From Acidimicrobiia bacterium (GTDB lineage: Bacteria; Actinomycetota; Acidimicrobiia; Spongiisociales; ZC4RG35), in NCBI GenBank assembly GCA_965215185.1, contig OZ244034.1, forward strand, positions 864,001 to 928,000: a stretch of DNA of 64,000 nucleotides, written 5' to 3'. This document shows, piece after piece, positions 43,501 through 52,110 of the stretch. The position numbers and the translations under genes are program-made. Numbering within the stretch: position 1 is the stretch's first letter; each line of letters begins with the position of its first letter. The notes below the pieces were generated by a model, which was not told where the DNA came from, searched no databases, and worked only from the letters and a program-made list of their open reading frames with translations.

Positions 43501-44752
43501 GAGTGACTTCGACGAGGATGACACAAAGAGCCTCGACGGGTCCGCCAGATCAACCACAATAAATGTCCAGAACGGCAAGCATTACATCGTGCAAGTAACC
43601 CGGGGCAGTCAATTCAATAACAACCTCAAGACCGCCACCGTCTCCGGTACCAACTATCAGGTCCGAGATTGGCTCAAGAACGAGTTCTTACCCAACTATA
43701 CGGACGACTACCCCTGGCTCTCCGAGATCTTTGAGAGACTGCCGACATTACCCATCAATGTAGTCTCGGGGAATACGAGCTATGTAAACACGGTTGCAAC
43801 AGACATCGATGGCTGGTCCTTAGCTGGTACTCAGAAGGTGTACCTAACCGAAGATGTGTTTAGCCAGCTCCCGGACAACGCCTACCGGAACCGAGTAGCG
43901 ATCCACGAATTGGCCCACATCTACACATTGAATTGGCGGTTCATCAACGAACCGATGGCTGTCCTGAACTTACAGCAGCGTCTTGAATTCGGTACGGCAT
44001 GCGACCCAACGATCGAGTATCTTGCTGAGACCGTGACATATGCAACAACCGGAAATCTGACAGACAGCTATTACCATGGCTGCAGCGGGAAGTGGAACCA
44101 GTTCAGAAGCAGCACACTAGCAACCAGCGCGGAGAGCGCACTTGCGGGCGAAATACCAGCATGGTTCGCGCAAACATACGAGGATTCGTCGGGAAACATG
44201 GACATGGAGCAGATCTGGGACGATCTGACCAACAAAGAACTAGATCCGCAGGAGCCTGGAAGGGATAGAGATATTCGTATCTGGGGCTTCCGCAACATGT
44301 TCGGTGGTTTCTGCTCGCATTGGGAAGCGCGCACTTCACGGCGGCATCTCAATCTGACGAACCCGGTCAATGACAATAGTGACCCCTATGACGACGTCAC
44401 CACCAACCCATGGCAAGACGGCGGATGCCTGTCGCGTCGACCCCGCGAAGTGACCGCTACGCCCGCCTCGGGTTCGCTGGAAATCAGCTGGAAAAAGCCG
44501 CTGTGGTCCCATGAGCCAACCGTCGACGGCTATCTCGTGCAGTGGAAGCTCGCCCACAAGCCCGATTACCCCTCCAGCCAGCAGATAATTGTTGACGGCC
44601 TTACCGACACCACCACCGTCACCATCGACAACCTAGTCAGAAACGGGTACTACACCGTGCGGATCGCGGCGATCGAAGTCGATAGGCCCGGCATCCTACG
44701 AGACCAGTTCGGTCACAAGCGCTACATAGAGTCCAACTTTCTCGCCAACTGA
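34514..44752 (+). CDS. Giant (about 3400 aa) secreted protein: many PPC-like beta-sandwich repeats, cadherin-like and FN3 domains, C-terminal HExxH metallopeptidase-like domain
   Basis: Signal peptide (VWLAVFAVLLP..AVGAQ); repeats DVDWFAV.LEAG..YRI.V.G...DP...D.DSG; FN3-type W..P...G..ITSY; AIHELAHIY...EYLAE. Start uncertain. Confidence 0.8.
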   Translation: MSYRRAKVHKARWRHFARSRAVRGLACGSGSGSGSVWRVAVWLAVFAVLLPVFPVGAVGAQGAVDADETRSGAQDLGDVTEWDEPRVFDSEVDGADDSVDYFRFSLSEPRLVVLRLRRMEFDADLFVEVPSGWVLASSQENGTAKEGISVGLAVGVYLVRVEAREQGSNAYRLKVAAKVAPEGTVFHGNTEGVSDKESEDGELVEGSVLRSAHDPDSTPSGATDWGDVTGWSSPRTFDDSVDGGDDVVDYFAFTLAATKRIGAGLSFMELNADIFLENSSGTVLASGRNRDNRRERLNTELGPGDYLLRVQAQQGGLNTYEIFLQTAKPDSVTAGFDTSAVVRVGACFEGADGANIVPSWNIDWVRVELTAGEVYVLEVRGRDSGSGALVDPELKAVYVDPDGAVFDTYDQAGRSSSDGLILDNGLSSEDLDEDGSPDILDMYPNLPGPVGSPDPFGEKPVLSFTEAYDLDDGLGQDAWLLFRAEKTGSHYLVVESQGGFQGTYTVAAAEAADAPAVCGNEPPRLESPAAGATVVENTRPVWLLRVVDGDAQDAVVDVRLAGSSPAGFFEVSGSLASGDLRLVTTAALDHEVGGANSGVYEAELVMISGVGDRERTARQRWTVIAGDVDEPPTSVQGLRAAAMSHSTATLQWGASSCDSATTCPSIGYEIYRLDGTEWILLDRVEALSYTAAGLEPESTYQFRVDANNDEGTAAGSVLSVTTDEPPPDCAGDITTACTVAVDATASESVSEAGDADWYAVTLGVARLYRFEVSGRGSDALGDPFVKLYDDTGAAVAAGGVVVEDAETTGDGTAEVDFRSGLTGEYFLEAAASDGVGTGYYTLSVVDLTPASMSEGVNDLPESPFTPGRVEPDGGEVTGGVGTVGDVDWFAVDLGSGRTYRVSVVGGTGTGELADPAFKLLDDAGAELSPAVGDTDDDDDGTAVTEFTPAVAGTYFVAVLEDGDDGTGAYTVLVQELDCAGDATTGCVVEVGGSKVGGIGDAGDVDWYRVAVGAGTDYEISVVGGSGVGVLADPVVRVYDATGVTVVVQDSDADDDGTASVAVAPTEAGTYFVAVLEDGDDATGAYTVMVAVINSPPKFLDPYATVLPLGERLDVSLMENTELVLDIDVFDADEADSVSGYSIVGGADESLFEIDAGNDDALTMTVVADFEMPVDSGTDNVYEVELQATSGAGARQKTAMVLVAVTVTDDDSEAPGKSMPQVIDERFDSVSVRWTTPQTTGPPITGYQILRRLLPNGEWSNLPEVAPSVLEGVVDGLDSGAAYEIAVEAQSDEGESLSDSVIAYTDECAASAVGSCPLAVGSPVTARINIFNAGVDADWFVVELEATTPYRIEVKGSEPADPGGTVSDPATLSDPALRVFDAGGVAVADAFDADGGEGQNSVLAFTAPQTGTYYVEVREDGDDATGSYTVAVSTDDTCGASTATACTVAVDGTAAGTAESGSDVDWYSVGLDPDVAYVLYVVSRSENSDGLADPLLVGVFDAAGVLIGGTADSDSGAGQDSYKLFAPDTAATYYVAVGSDSGRGGDFTLFVSRQRPQNSVREPTGGDLASHAGTTGHILVAGQSTGEFSDESDRDMFGVWLEAGRVYRIGASGACSDDAALVGGTSTGLGISLVDHQLDASHGSAAVHLGAGVGAEFIASASGACPRPTMDVQVLESLFAYVLAADDGVAGAGTYTVSVSDVSAEVTVPDTAGRDAAGSTSTSGRARVGVAVTGVIDPSGDVDWFAIELEAGTAYRIDVRGDSVTDNGGTLGDPYVSLLDSAGGPLSPAVFDNDSGADNNARILSYTPTVSGTFYIEVKDNAGGTGTYTVAVGVGDACAASVSTACTVEADSAAEGTIGEASDVDWFKATALAADVPYTLYVAPRGAAVDDLEDPKLEGVYDSTGVQIAGTTDSDSGAGQDSYVVFTPDAADTFYVAVGRDSGVPGDFSVFVARREPAATVSEDHGSDVHGGAGTWAHLLVGDTATGDLSHVGDADAVGVRLAAGRVYRLEARGACPQQPNLSGGTLANPSLTLNDAAGSTDHSQLAAVDPAQGFSGEGSAATCTPASVDVQALDTVLVYAQITTADAVAPTGTWTLSMTDISAHATIAEPSDGDATADTDTAGRVAVGASVTGTIDPDGDEDWYAVELEAGAAYRIDVRGDSATNNGGTLADPHVSLLDSAGAYLSPAVSDDNSGVNNNARIGSFTPTVTGTFYIVVSDPDGTGTGTYTMSVTPGADCPTDIATTCETAIDEAVDGVVHANDDQDWFKATLAQDTAYTLYVTPRGSSAADLEDPELVGVYDSSGDLIADTTDADSGLGAHSYTVFTPDAAGVYYAAVGRDTGGVGGFTLWMARQRPGATVAEPTGGDLAPHAGTIGHLLAAGQATGTIADDRDEDLYGMWLEAGRAYRIAAQGACTTDGPLHGGTLTGYGLSLENAAGATTHIGTAQRIIVSSTGAGTTELLGVFPSGIAFTASVFNECETASLDVEMQQSAPLYLRVAPLPGESGTYTVSLEDITAQLTVSEPVGQDFPAETTTAGRAGIGGSATGTISSAGDTDWFAVHLEAGGRYQIDVLGDVNRAYGGTLADPEVTLFDIDGNPLSPEVSNDNSGYVNNARIRSYTATGSGTHYIVIESADGSGTGTYTVQVHNPPPMRPSVPTAVTVQKSGFRNLVVSWEPPGDTGGAEVASYQVVWESTVDGYDDFEDLLRRGKVVAGRTSTTISGLLDRLPASGTAPEYQVRVRALNAAGHSPWTEPETETPVVAPTEVKNLNLEVMSASSINVTWDPPADNGGLAITSYLVEYKPFFYTWAQANTVTTTDTSYLISGRTSGRIYDVSVTALNAAGGTDGATKETFLPSLPYTPTNLTLYSKHQGFTVSWQLAPTDSRPVSNSVLRWRRLPSTSWRTKTVDSDSRRAYDFSGFGNGADFEFQVVAENDAGRSSWTNSVIAAPVHQPQAPQNLSIDANHKQSGTSRELRVTWSHDQSDTGFTVRWRLSTSSDFDEDDTKSLDGSARSTTINVQNGKHYIVQVTRGSQFNNNLKTATVSGTNYQVRDWLKNEFLPNYTDDYPWLSEIFERLPTLPINVVSGNTSYVNTVATDIDGWSLAGTQKVYLTEDVFSQLPDNAYRNRVAIHELAHIYTLNWRFINEPMAVLNLQQRLEFGTACDPTIEYLAETVTYATTGNLTDSYYHGCSGKWNQFRSSTLATSAESALAGEIPAWFAQTYEDSSGNMDMEQIWDDLTNKELDPQEPGRDRDIRIWGFRNMFGGFCSHWEARTSRRHLNLTNPVNDNSDPYDDVTTNPWQDGGCLSRRPREVTATPASGSLEISWKKPLWSHEPTVDGYLVQWKLAHKPDYPSSQQIIVDGLTDTTTVTIDNLVRNGYYTVRIAAIEVDRPGILRDQFGHKRYIESNFLAN

Positions 44753-45495
44753 ACCGCACCGGGACTCACGCAGGCTGTGGTGTGCCCTGTGTTTCGCGCG
44801 GCCTGGTGTGCACCGGGTATACAACACGCACCGGCCCCACCGCTGCCTCAACCAGCGGCCGCCCAATGCGATCTGCGCCGTCACTCGACATCCACCCTCA
44901 CCAACTCCCAGTCGCCAAATCGACCAGATGTGACGGACTCATCGGTCGCGGCGGTTCTCGTGGTGGGTGCGGCGTATCTGACCGATGCGGGCGCGACAGC
45001 CCCGCCATCCAGGCGACAGCGGCGTCTGTGTATCCGACCTGGAGCGTTCCGAGCATCCGTCGGACAGCTTCCAGTTCCGCGGCCGCAGTGGTCACCATGA
45101 TCCGTGATCTGACTCCATAAAACACTCGATTTGCAAAACACTCATACTTGTAGGGTGCCCGGGCCGGGACAGGTCTGACTCTTTTGCAAACTGGCCGCTT
45201 GTGCCTTATCTATGATCTGTCGACCTGTTCTCCGGCCCGGGTAGCACTCCCCAGTGGGACGGACGTGACCTGATAGGAGCCTTGACTGATTCCCAAGCGT
45301 CTTGATGCTTCTATGTTTGGAGTTGCCCCGTTTGTGTGGACGGTGGTGGTACCCCACTTTCGTGGAGTCGGGTTATTTGAATTGGTGAGCTCCTGAGGTT
45401 GTGCCGGTGCGGTTCAGATATGTGGTAATAGGACTCGGCGTAAACTTGGGAATGTGAGAGTTGGGTTACTCCGAAGATGACGAGATTGTGAGCCT

Positions 45496-46572
45496 ATGAA
45501 GAAGACAGGAAGCGGTTGGTCAACCTCACAAGCCCGCATACTGGTGTTGACTCGACTGAGTGGGCTTCTCGCCGTGGTATTGGTGGTCGGAGCGATGGCT
45601 GCGGCATGTAACGACAACGCTTCCGATCGAGCTGACCCGGTGACCCTTAGCTTGGGTTACCCGTTTCCTGCTAAGCATCCGTTGCGTCTTCAGGTGCTGG
45701 AGCCGTGGGCCGCAGGCGTAAGCGCGGCGACGGCTGGCTCAGTCACCATTGAGTTTCACGCGGAACAGGCCTTGAGTTCAGCAGCGGATACCTATGCAAA
45801 CGTCGCTGCGGGTGGCCAGGACATAGGATGGGCGCTCCAGGGATATTCGGCGGGGCGCTTCCCGGCGACTGCAGTGATGGAGATGCCATTCGTCTTTGAC
45901 AGTTCCTCAGAGGCCACCGCGGCGTTTTGGGTGCTCTACGAGGAGTTTGAGGCCCTTCGCAACGACTATCACGACGTGAAGGTACTCGGTCTATGGACAA
46001 CGGGTCCCGGCGACCTGTGGCTTGCGGAGGGCGTTGCCTCCACAGCAGACGACATCGCGGGGCTCACTATCCGGTCGTCAGGTCCGGTGCAGGCTGCGGT
46101 GATCAAAGCGCTGGGAGCCAATCCGGTGAGCATGGTCGCACCTGATTTGCGCGGCGCATTGGAGGCAGGCGAGATTGATGGCCTGCTCACGGTTGACACC
46201 GCGCTGGCAACCCATGACCTCACAGATGTTCTGGAGAGCGGTACAGAGTGCGGCTGCTACGTGCTTGCCTCGTTCCTAGTGATGAACCTAGACGCTTGGA
46301 ACAGGCTGTCGACAGACCAACAGGCCGCCATAGAGAATCTATCTGGCAAGCAGGTTTCCGAGGCTGTGGCCATGTTCTACGAAAGGGCGAGCGCCACTGC
46401 GGCCGAGAAGAACGCTGCCGCTGGAATCACCAAAGTGGTGCTGGAAGACGCCGAACTCCAGCGGTGGAAGGAAATGACTAGCGGCATCGTTGACGAGTGG
46501 GTCACCGCCAACTCCGGCGAGTTCGACGCGCACGCCATGTACCTGCGAATTCTGGAACTGGCCGCGACCTGA
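45496..46572 (+). CDS. dctP: TRAP transporter substrate-binding lipoprotein (DctP family)
   Basis: Lipobox-like MAAAC; GRFP..MEMPF; GLTIR; ALGANPVSM; G.IDG; FLVMNLDAWNRLS..QQ. Confidence 0.8.
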   Translation: MKKTGSGWSTSQARILVLTRLSGLLAVVLVVGAMAAACNDNASDRADPVTLSLGYPFPAKHPLRLQVLEPWAAGVSAATAGSVTIEFHAEQALSSAADTYANVAAGGQDIGWALQGYSAGRFPATAVMEMPFVFDSSSEATAAFWVLYEEFEALRNDYHDVKVLGLWTTGPGDLWLAEGVASTADDIAGLTIRSSGPVQAAVIKALGANPVSMVAPDLRGALEAGEIDGLLTVDTALATHDLTDVLESGTECGCYVLASFLVMNLDAWNRLSTDQQAAIENLSGKQVSEAVAMFYERASATAAEKNAAAGITKVVLEDAELQRWKEMTSGIVDEWVTANSGEFDAHAMYLRILELAAT

Positions 46573-46599
46573 GAATCGAACGGCAGAAGCCCGCATACA

Positions 46600-47217
46600 T
46601 GGACGTTCAGACGGGGACACCGAAAGTGTGCACGACCGGAGTCTTCGCACCCGGTTACGTGTTCTGCGTACGTGTTCGCCGACTGGAAACAGCCCCTCTT
46701 CCGCTACGTCGGACCCGACGACGACGGCACCCCAAATAGCAGACACCCTCGCCTGCCTCGACCGTGCCCGCCCACGCAACAAGTTCGACACCCCAGGATG
46801 CTCGACAACGAAACCTACCGCCAAGCGTTCGACGCCTGGGAGTCCGCCCGCAACGATGTTGTCAACAAGTGGAACCATCTGGCTGACAAAGCCAACCTCG
46901 AACCCCGGATCCCACCAGCCCTCACCCGAGCCGCCGACATCGTTCGCTCCCACGCTCCCCCAACCTTGACCCAAGACCAGATCGACGGAGCAATCGACAC
47001 CCTCCACGCCCCCTACTCCCAACGCACCATCCGAACCTTCCGGGCCGCGATGAAAACCACCCAAGAGCCCGCCGAACAGGCCAAGAAGATACTTGAGATC
47101 ATTTGTGGCTTGGGACTAGAACCCTACGTGCCACCCAAACCCCTACCCGAAATCACACCAGACGATGTCTACCTCGTCTGCTGGGTAGCCCTTGTCCCCG
47201 AGGGCCCGACTCCCTGA
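46600..47217 (+). pseudogene. Frameshifted C-terminal remnant of a larger gene, possibly an SNF2-type helicase
   Basis: Shifting frames; terminal PKPLPEITPDDVYLVCWVAL motif recalled from helicase C-termini (unverified). Confidence 0.35.
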
Positions 47218-47344
47218 TGATGAAAAGTCAGTGTTGAAGGCGACGAGTACGAATTGGGTGGATCGTGGAGCCACGTCGTCAGCGACGGGTAGATGGTTTC
47301 CGGACATCCTCCCATGAACCTGACGCCTTCTGGCTACCCCGGGA

Positions 47345-47480
47345 GGAGGCGTGGTGGACACCGGACCCGGTGGCCTGGCCGTTGAGAGCAGCCCGGGCGG
47401 CGGCCTGGGCGTCGGTGACATCGGTCTTGCCGAATCGGCGGCGGAGCTGACGGTTCGGGCGGTTCACTTCCACCACCTGG
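47345..47480 (-). pseudogene. IS110-family transposase fragment
   Basis: VEVNRPNRQLRRRFGKTDVTDAQAAARA. Confidence 0.75.
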
Positions 47481-47546
47481 ACACCGAGGGCAGGGCTGCA
47501 CGGATGGCTCCAGGAGAAAGCCAGTCACCTTGCTCCCGTTTACTAC

Positions 47547-47571
47547 GACAGATACTCTGCGAATATCTCGC
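47547..47571. repeat. Palindromic junction site D
   Basis: GACAGATACTC-TGC-GAATATCTCGC. Confidence 0.75.
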
Positions 47572-47740
47572 ATGGCGTTTTCATGGTCGGGGGTGGTTGG
47601 GTTTGTTTCGAGGTTGTATGTGTTGTTCTTGTCTGGTGTGGTGGCGGTGGTGGGTGGCATGGCCGGGTTGAACCGTGCCGGGCTTCATAGAGGGTTGGTT
47701 GTTTGGGCGATTTGTGGTGTGGTCGGGTTGGTTTGATGGT

Positions 47741-47978
47741 AGGCAGCATGGAAACTCACGGGACCTATTTCAATAGCGAAGACATTTCTGACGGTACAAT
47801 GACGATCCGTATGGACTATGGGGCACTCAACCAGCTGGGCGGCATGGTCTGGACCGATGCTATTGCCGAGATGAACCTGCGCACTTGTGAAGTGACAGTT
47901 ATCGACTACGGATTCGAGTAAACGGTCATTCATAGAACTAACACCCAAAGTTAGATCAAGGTTTTAGTCGCCGGTCGC
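47741..47978 (+). pseudogene. 3' duplicate of the 11699-12460 gene plus its downstream flank
   Basis: GSMETHGTYFNS.DISDGTMTIRMDYGA.NQLGGMV..; the flank TAGATCAAGGTTTTAGTCGCC matches 12476-12496. Confidence 0.85.
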
Positions 47979-48003
47979 GACTGATATTCCATAAATATCC
48001 ATC
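47979..48003. repeat. Palindromic junction site E
   Basis: GACTGATATTC-CAT-AAATATCCATC. Confidence 0.8.
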
Positions 48004-48188
48004 ACACGGTTCTGGTCTTAGAGACCTGAGGCAACTCCGTCTGGGCTAAGTAACGCACGTTGGCGTGTTGCGGTTCTGTTCATGTTCTCATTCAAATGCT
48101 CTGGGTGTTGTTGTGAGCCGAATATGATATCACTGTGATGTATGTGTGATATTGGGTGTTGGCGGTCAACAGGATACGCGGTGGATTG
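48004..48188 (+). promoter_or_regulatory. Conserved leader (copy 2), starting directly at site E
   Basis: ACACGGTTCTGG.CTTAGAGACCTGAGGCAACTCCGTCTGG.. matches 62248 onward; the 3' part matches 3926-4053. Confidence 0.65.
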
Positions 48189-48469
48189 CTCTCAGACGGT
48201 TCTGCGACCTCTACGAGACCGGCGAGTTGCCCGAGTACCACGACGTCGTCGACACCATCATCGCCTGGTCAGACGAGATCCTCGCCTGGCACCACAGCGA
48301 CCGGGCCTCCAACGGCCGCATCGAGGGCATCAACAATCTCCTGCAAGTGCTCAGAAGAACTGCCCACGGGTTCACCAATCCGGCCAACTTCGAAGCCCGC
48401 GGCATCCTCGTGACATAATGACCCCAACCGGTGCCAGCAACCCTCAATCCCACGTTTACGCGAAGGGCC
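48189..48469 (+). mobile_element. ISL3-family 3' remnant
   Basis: WSDEILAW...SNGRIEGINN..L.R.AHGF.N..NF; terminal CCCACGTTTACGCGAAGGGCC. Confidence 0.8.
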
Positions 48470-48516
48470 CCCTGCTGCTATGGCTATTATTGCTCCAAAT
48501 CAGAAATGGGTGAGTG

Positions 48517-51500
48517 CTTGAATTCAGGCGAACCGGCGCTCACGGTGTTCGTCCCGCGGCCGGGCAAGCGGGCACACACGAGGCGGGCGTCAGCGATCTT
48601 CGGCGTGCTAGGGGCGCTGTTGGTGTGGGTCTTCTGCGGGGTCGTGGCCCTGCAAACGCCGCAGGCACAAGCTCAAAGTTGTCCTGGAGACGCTCCGACG
48701 CCGACGGCTGTGACTGTGACGGCTGTCCCGGTCGTGGTCGCATCAACCGCCGCGGAGTATTTCGTCCTCTACGCGCGCCTCGACGGCGACGCAGCGTCGG
48801 AGGTGCTGGTCGCTGTTGTCCGCGGCCAAGCCGGCACGACGACCCTCTCTGAGAACGTTGAGGCCCTCCCCGCGGAGCGCTACCGCGTCGAGAAGTACTT
48901 GGTGTCCGACCCCGCCGACGTCGACGGCGACTGTACCGACGACATCACTGAACTCGACAACCCCACCAGCATGAATCCGGTCAACCCCGCCGTCACCGTG
49001 GCCCTGAACGACGGCGCGATCATCATCCAAGACGACGCAACCTTCGATGCGCTCTCCGTTGATTTGAGGACCCGCCGATCCTTCAAGTTCATCATCGTCG
49101 GCCTCTACACAGACCGGCCAAGCATCTATTTCGCGAATTCGAACACCCACGAAACACACCTGCAACTTGCGACCGCTCTGGGCCTCGACTTCACCGGCGT
49201 CGTGCCGGGTGATCTCAACCACGTGAGCGAGCTTCCCGCAGGCAGTGACCGGGAGGATCTAGAGGACATTTTCTATATCCATCTGCGCTTCCTGGACCCT
49301 TCCGCCAGTGTCCTGCACCGAATCTATTCCTTGTTTGCAGCCAATATGCCCGTGGTAGAAGACAATCTGTTCTTGCATCTCACCAACGATAATCTCAAGC
49401 ACCTTCAGTCCGAGATGCCTGCCTTGAGAGAGTCTCGCGTCGACGTGCTGTACTTCGACGACCTCTTTCCCGGGCAAACGTTTCAGATATTGAACCCCGG
49501 CGTCGGGTACGGCAGTCTGCGGGTGCTGGATCCCGACGATCGACCCCATTCCCGAGACATAGTCATATATGAGGCGCTGCCGAACGACCTGCCCCCGGTG
49601 GCTGGCATTATCACCACGGTGCCGCAGACGCCGCTGTCGCACGTCAATCTGCGCGCCGTGCAGAACGGTGTCCCCAACGCGTACGTGCAAGACCTGCTCG
49701 ACGACCCCGACATAGCGGCCCTTCTGGACAGCTACGTCCGTTACGAGGTGACCGACGGGGAGTGGGATGTGCGGGCCGCGACTCCCGAGGAGGTCGACGC
49801 CCACTTCGCGTCACTGCGGCCCGCGACCGCGCAAGTGCCGCAGCGGGACCTGTCGGTGACGTCGATCACGGCGCTGGAACAGGTCGGCTTCGACGACTGG
49901 GACGCCTTCGGGGTCAAGGCAGCCAACGTTGCCGTCCTAGGCAGGCTCGGTTTCGCCGAGGGCACCGTGCCCGACGGATTCGTGGTGCCCTTCTACTTTT
50001 ACGTCGAGTTCATGAAGGCCAACGACCTCTATGCTCGGGTCGACGAGATGCTGGTCGATCCTGATTTCCAGACGGACTTCGACGTCCAGGACGACATGCT
50101 TGATGACTTGCGCGACGACATCAAGGACGCAGTCTCGCCGCAGTGGATCATCGATGCACTCACGCAAATGCACGCATCGTTTCCCGAGGACATTTCTCTG
50201 CGCTACCGGTCCAGCACCAACAACGAGGACCTGCCCGGATTCAACGGCGCCGGCCTGTACGACTCAAAGACCCAGGATGCAGAGGAGACCGAGGAGGACG
50301 GCATCGACAAGTCTCTCAAACAGGTCTATGCCAGCCTGTGGAACTTCCGGGCCTTCACTGAGCGTGAACTCCACCGAGTCGATCACACCAAGACCGCCAT
50401 GGGCGTGCTGGTCCACCCCAACTACAGCAACGAGCTCGCCAACGGTGTCGCCGTCAGTTTCAACCCCATCGCCGGCACGTTCGACCGCTACTACGTGAAC
50501 ACCCAGATCGGTGAAGACCTCGTCACCAATCCCGAAGACCACTCGATCCCGGAGGAACTGCTGCTTGGCCAGGGCAGCGTGTACACCGTCCTGGCCACCT
50601 CCAACCAAGTTGAGCCCGGGCAACTCCTGATGAGCGGTGCCCAAGTGATGCAACTCGGCGAGCATCTCGCCGTGATCCACGACCACTTCGAGCAGTTGTA
50701 CGCCCCCGCGGCCGACGAGCCGTACGCCATCGAGATCGAGTTCAAGATCACCGAAGACGACATCCTCGCCATCAAACAAGCCCGACCCTGGATCTTCCCC
50801 GGCACCACTGCCACGACCACCACGACCACCACGACCACCACGACCACCACGACCACCACGACCACCACGACCACCACGACCACCACGGCCACCACGGGCG
50901 GAGGCGGCGGACGCAGTGGTGGAGGTGGAGGCGGACGCGGTGGTGGAGGTGGAGGCGGACGCGGTGGTGGAGGTGGAGGTTTAGATGAGGGAGGCAGTGA
51001 TGAATTACCGCCCACAGCCTCTGAACTGTTCGAAGACATCGACCCGGGAGTGTGGTATGAGCAAGCAGTGACGTGGATGCTCCTCCACAAAGTCACCTCC
51101 GGATGTTCCACCACCATGTTCTGTCCCGACGCCAACCTCACCCGCCAACAATTCGTCACGTTCCTCTGGAGAGCAGCCGGCCGACCCACCCCCACCTACC
51201 AAGGATCAGAAGCCTTCACCGACGTAGCAGAAGGGATCTACTCGGACCAGGCCATCGGCTGGGCAGTCTCCAACGAAATCACCGTGGGATGCACCCCAGG
51301 CACCTTTAGTGATCCTGACTGGGAGTTTTGCCCAACGGATCACGTCACCAGAGGACAAATGGCCACCCTCCTCTACCGACACGTAGAAGCCGACTATGTT
51401 GGCACAACCCTCCCATACACCGATGTGCAACCAGACCGATACTACGCGGAAAGCATCACCTGGCTCACCGACTTCCAAGCAGTCCCCGGATGCGGACCAA

Positions 51501-51622
51501 CCCTGTTTTGCCCCAACCGAGACGCCACCCGCGCCGAAGCCGCACTCTTCATCAACGCAGTAGCCATCCGACCCCACATCTGGGGAGAAGGCAACACCAG
51601 TTTCATACCCCAACCAAACTAA
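48517..51622 (+). CDS. Secreted SLH-anchored protein with a PEP-synthase/PPDK nucleotide-binding (PPDK_N) domain
   Basis: Signal peptide ..LLVWVFCGVVALQ..AQA; FGVKAAN, VPDGFVVPF, RYRSSTNNEDLPGFNGAGLYDS, EIEFK..IKQARP; Thr/Gly linker; SLH module. Start uncertain (ORF track gives 48431). Confidence 0.78.
50811..50977 (+). repeat. Coding VNTR: about 8 x 9-bp CCACGACCA (poly-Thr), then 3 x 24-bp Gly-rich unit
   Basis: Tandem repeats read directly from the sequence. Confidence 0.85.
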
Positions 51623-51632
51623 GGGCTCCTCC
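50999..51632 (+). repeat. SLH anchor module, copy 2
   Basis: Near-identical to 9201-9834. Confidence 0.9.
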
Positions 51633-51812
51633 GACAGTACTTCCCCAAAGGCACCGACCTCAGCAGACACTCCAGAGGCGACCTGGACGCTGTCGCCGCA
51701 GCACTCAACAGTCGACCCCGCAAAACCCTCGGCTGGAAGACCCCCGCCGAAACCCTCAACGAACACCTACACTCCCTAAAACAAGACACTGTTGCGACGA
51801 CCCCTTGAATCC
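51623..51812 (+). mobile_element. IS30-family 3' remnant
   Basis: [14 protein letters not shown]...[16 protein letters not shown]; end GTTGCGACGACCCCTTGAATCC. Confidence 0.85.
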
Positions 51813-52110
51813 ACCTTGGGCGCCGTGGTCGGAGTGGTGGACCAGTCCCGACTGGGGTCGGGGCCGACGACGCCATCTTGCCATCTCGAACGCGTCGCAG
51901 ACTATCTGTGCTCGGATATGGTTGGCTATCGACCATCCGATCACTTCTCGGTTCCAAGCGTCCATGACCACCGCCAAATACACTATGCCCCCTCGGGTGG
52001 GGTGCTGGGTGATGTCCGCCAGCCACAGCCTGTCAGGTTCGGTGGGCGAGAACTGTCGGTCGACCAGATCAGCTGATACTTCTCCGACGCGTCTGTGGCG
52101 CCGATAGGTG
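51813..52110 (-). pseudogene. IS3-family integrase-core fragment
   Basis: DLVDRQF..PDRLWLADIT..YLAVVMDAW.R.VIGWS...HHSDHG. Confidence 0.8.

Noticed and set aside
9201-51632. Diversity-generating retroelement TR/VR pair
   Set aside because: No reverse transcriptase in the window; both copies are coding and the differences are not confined to adenines.
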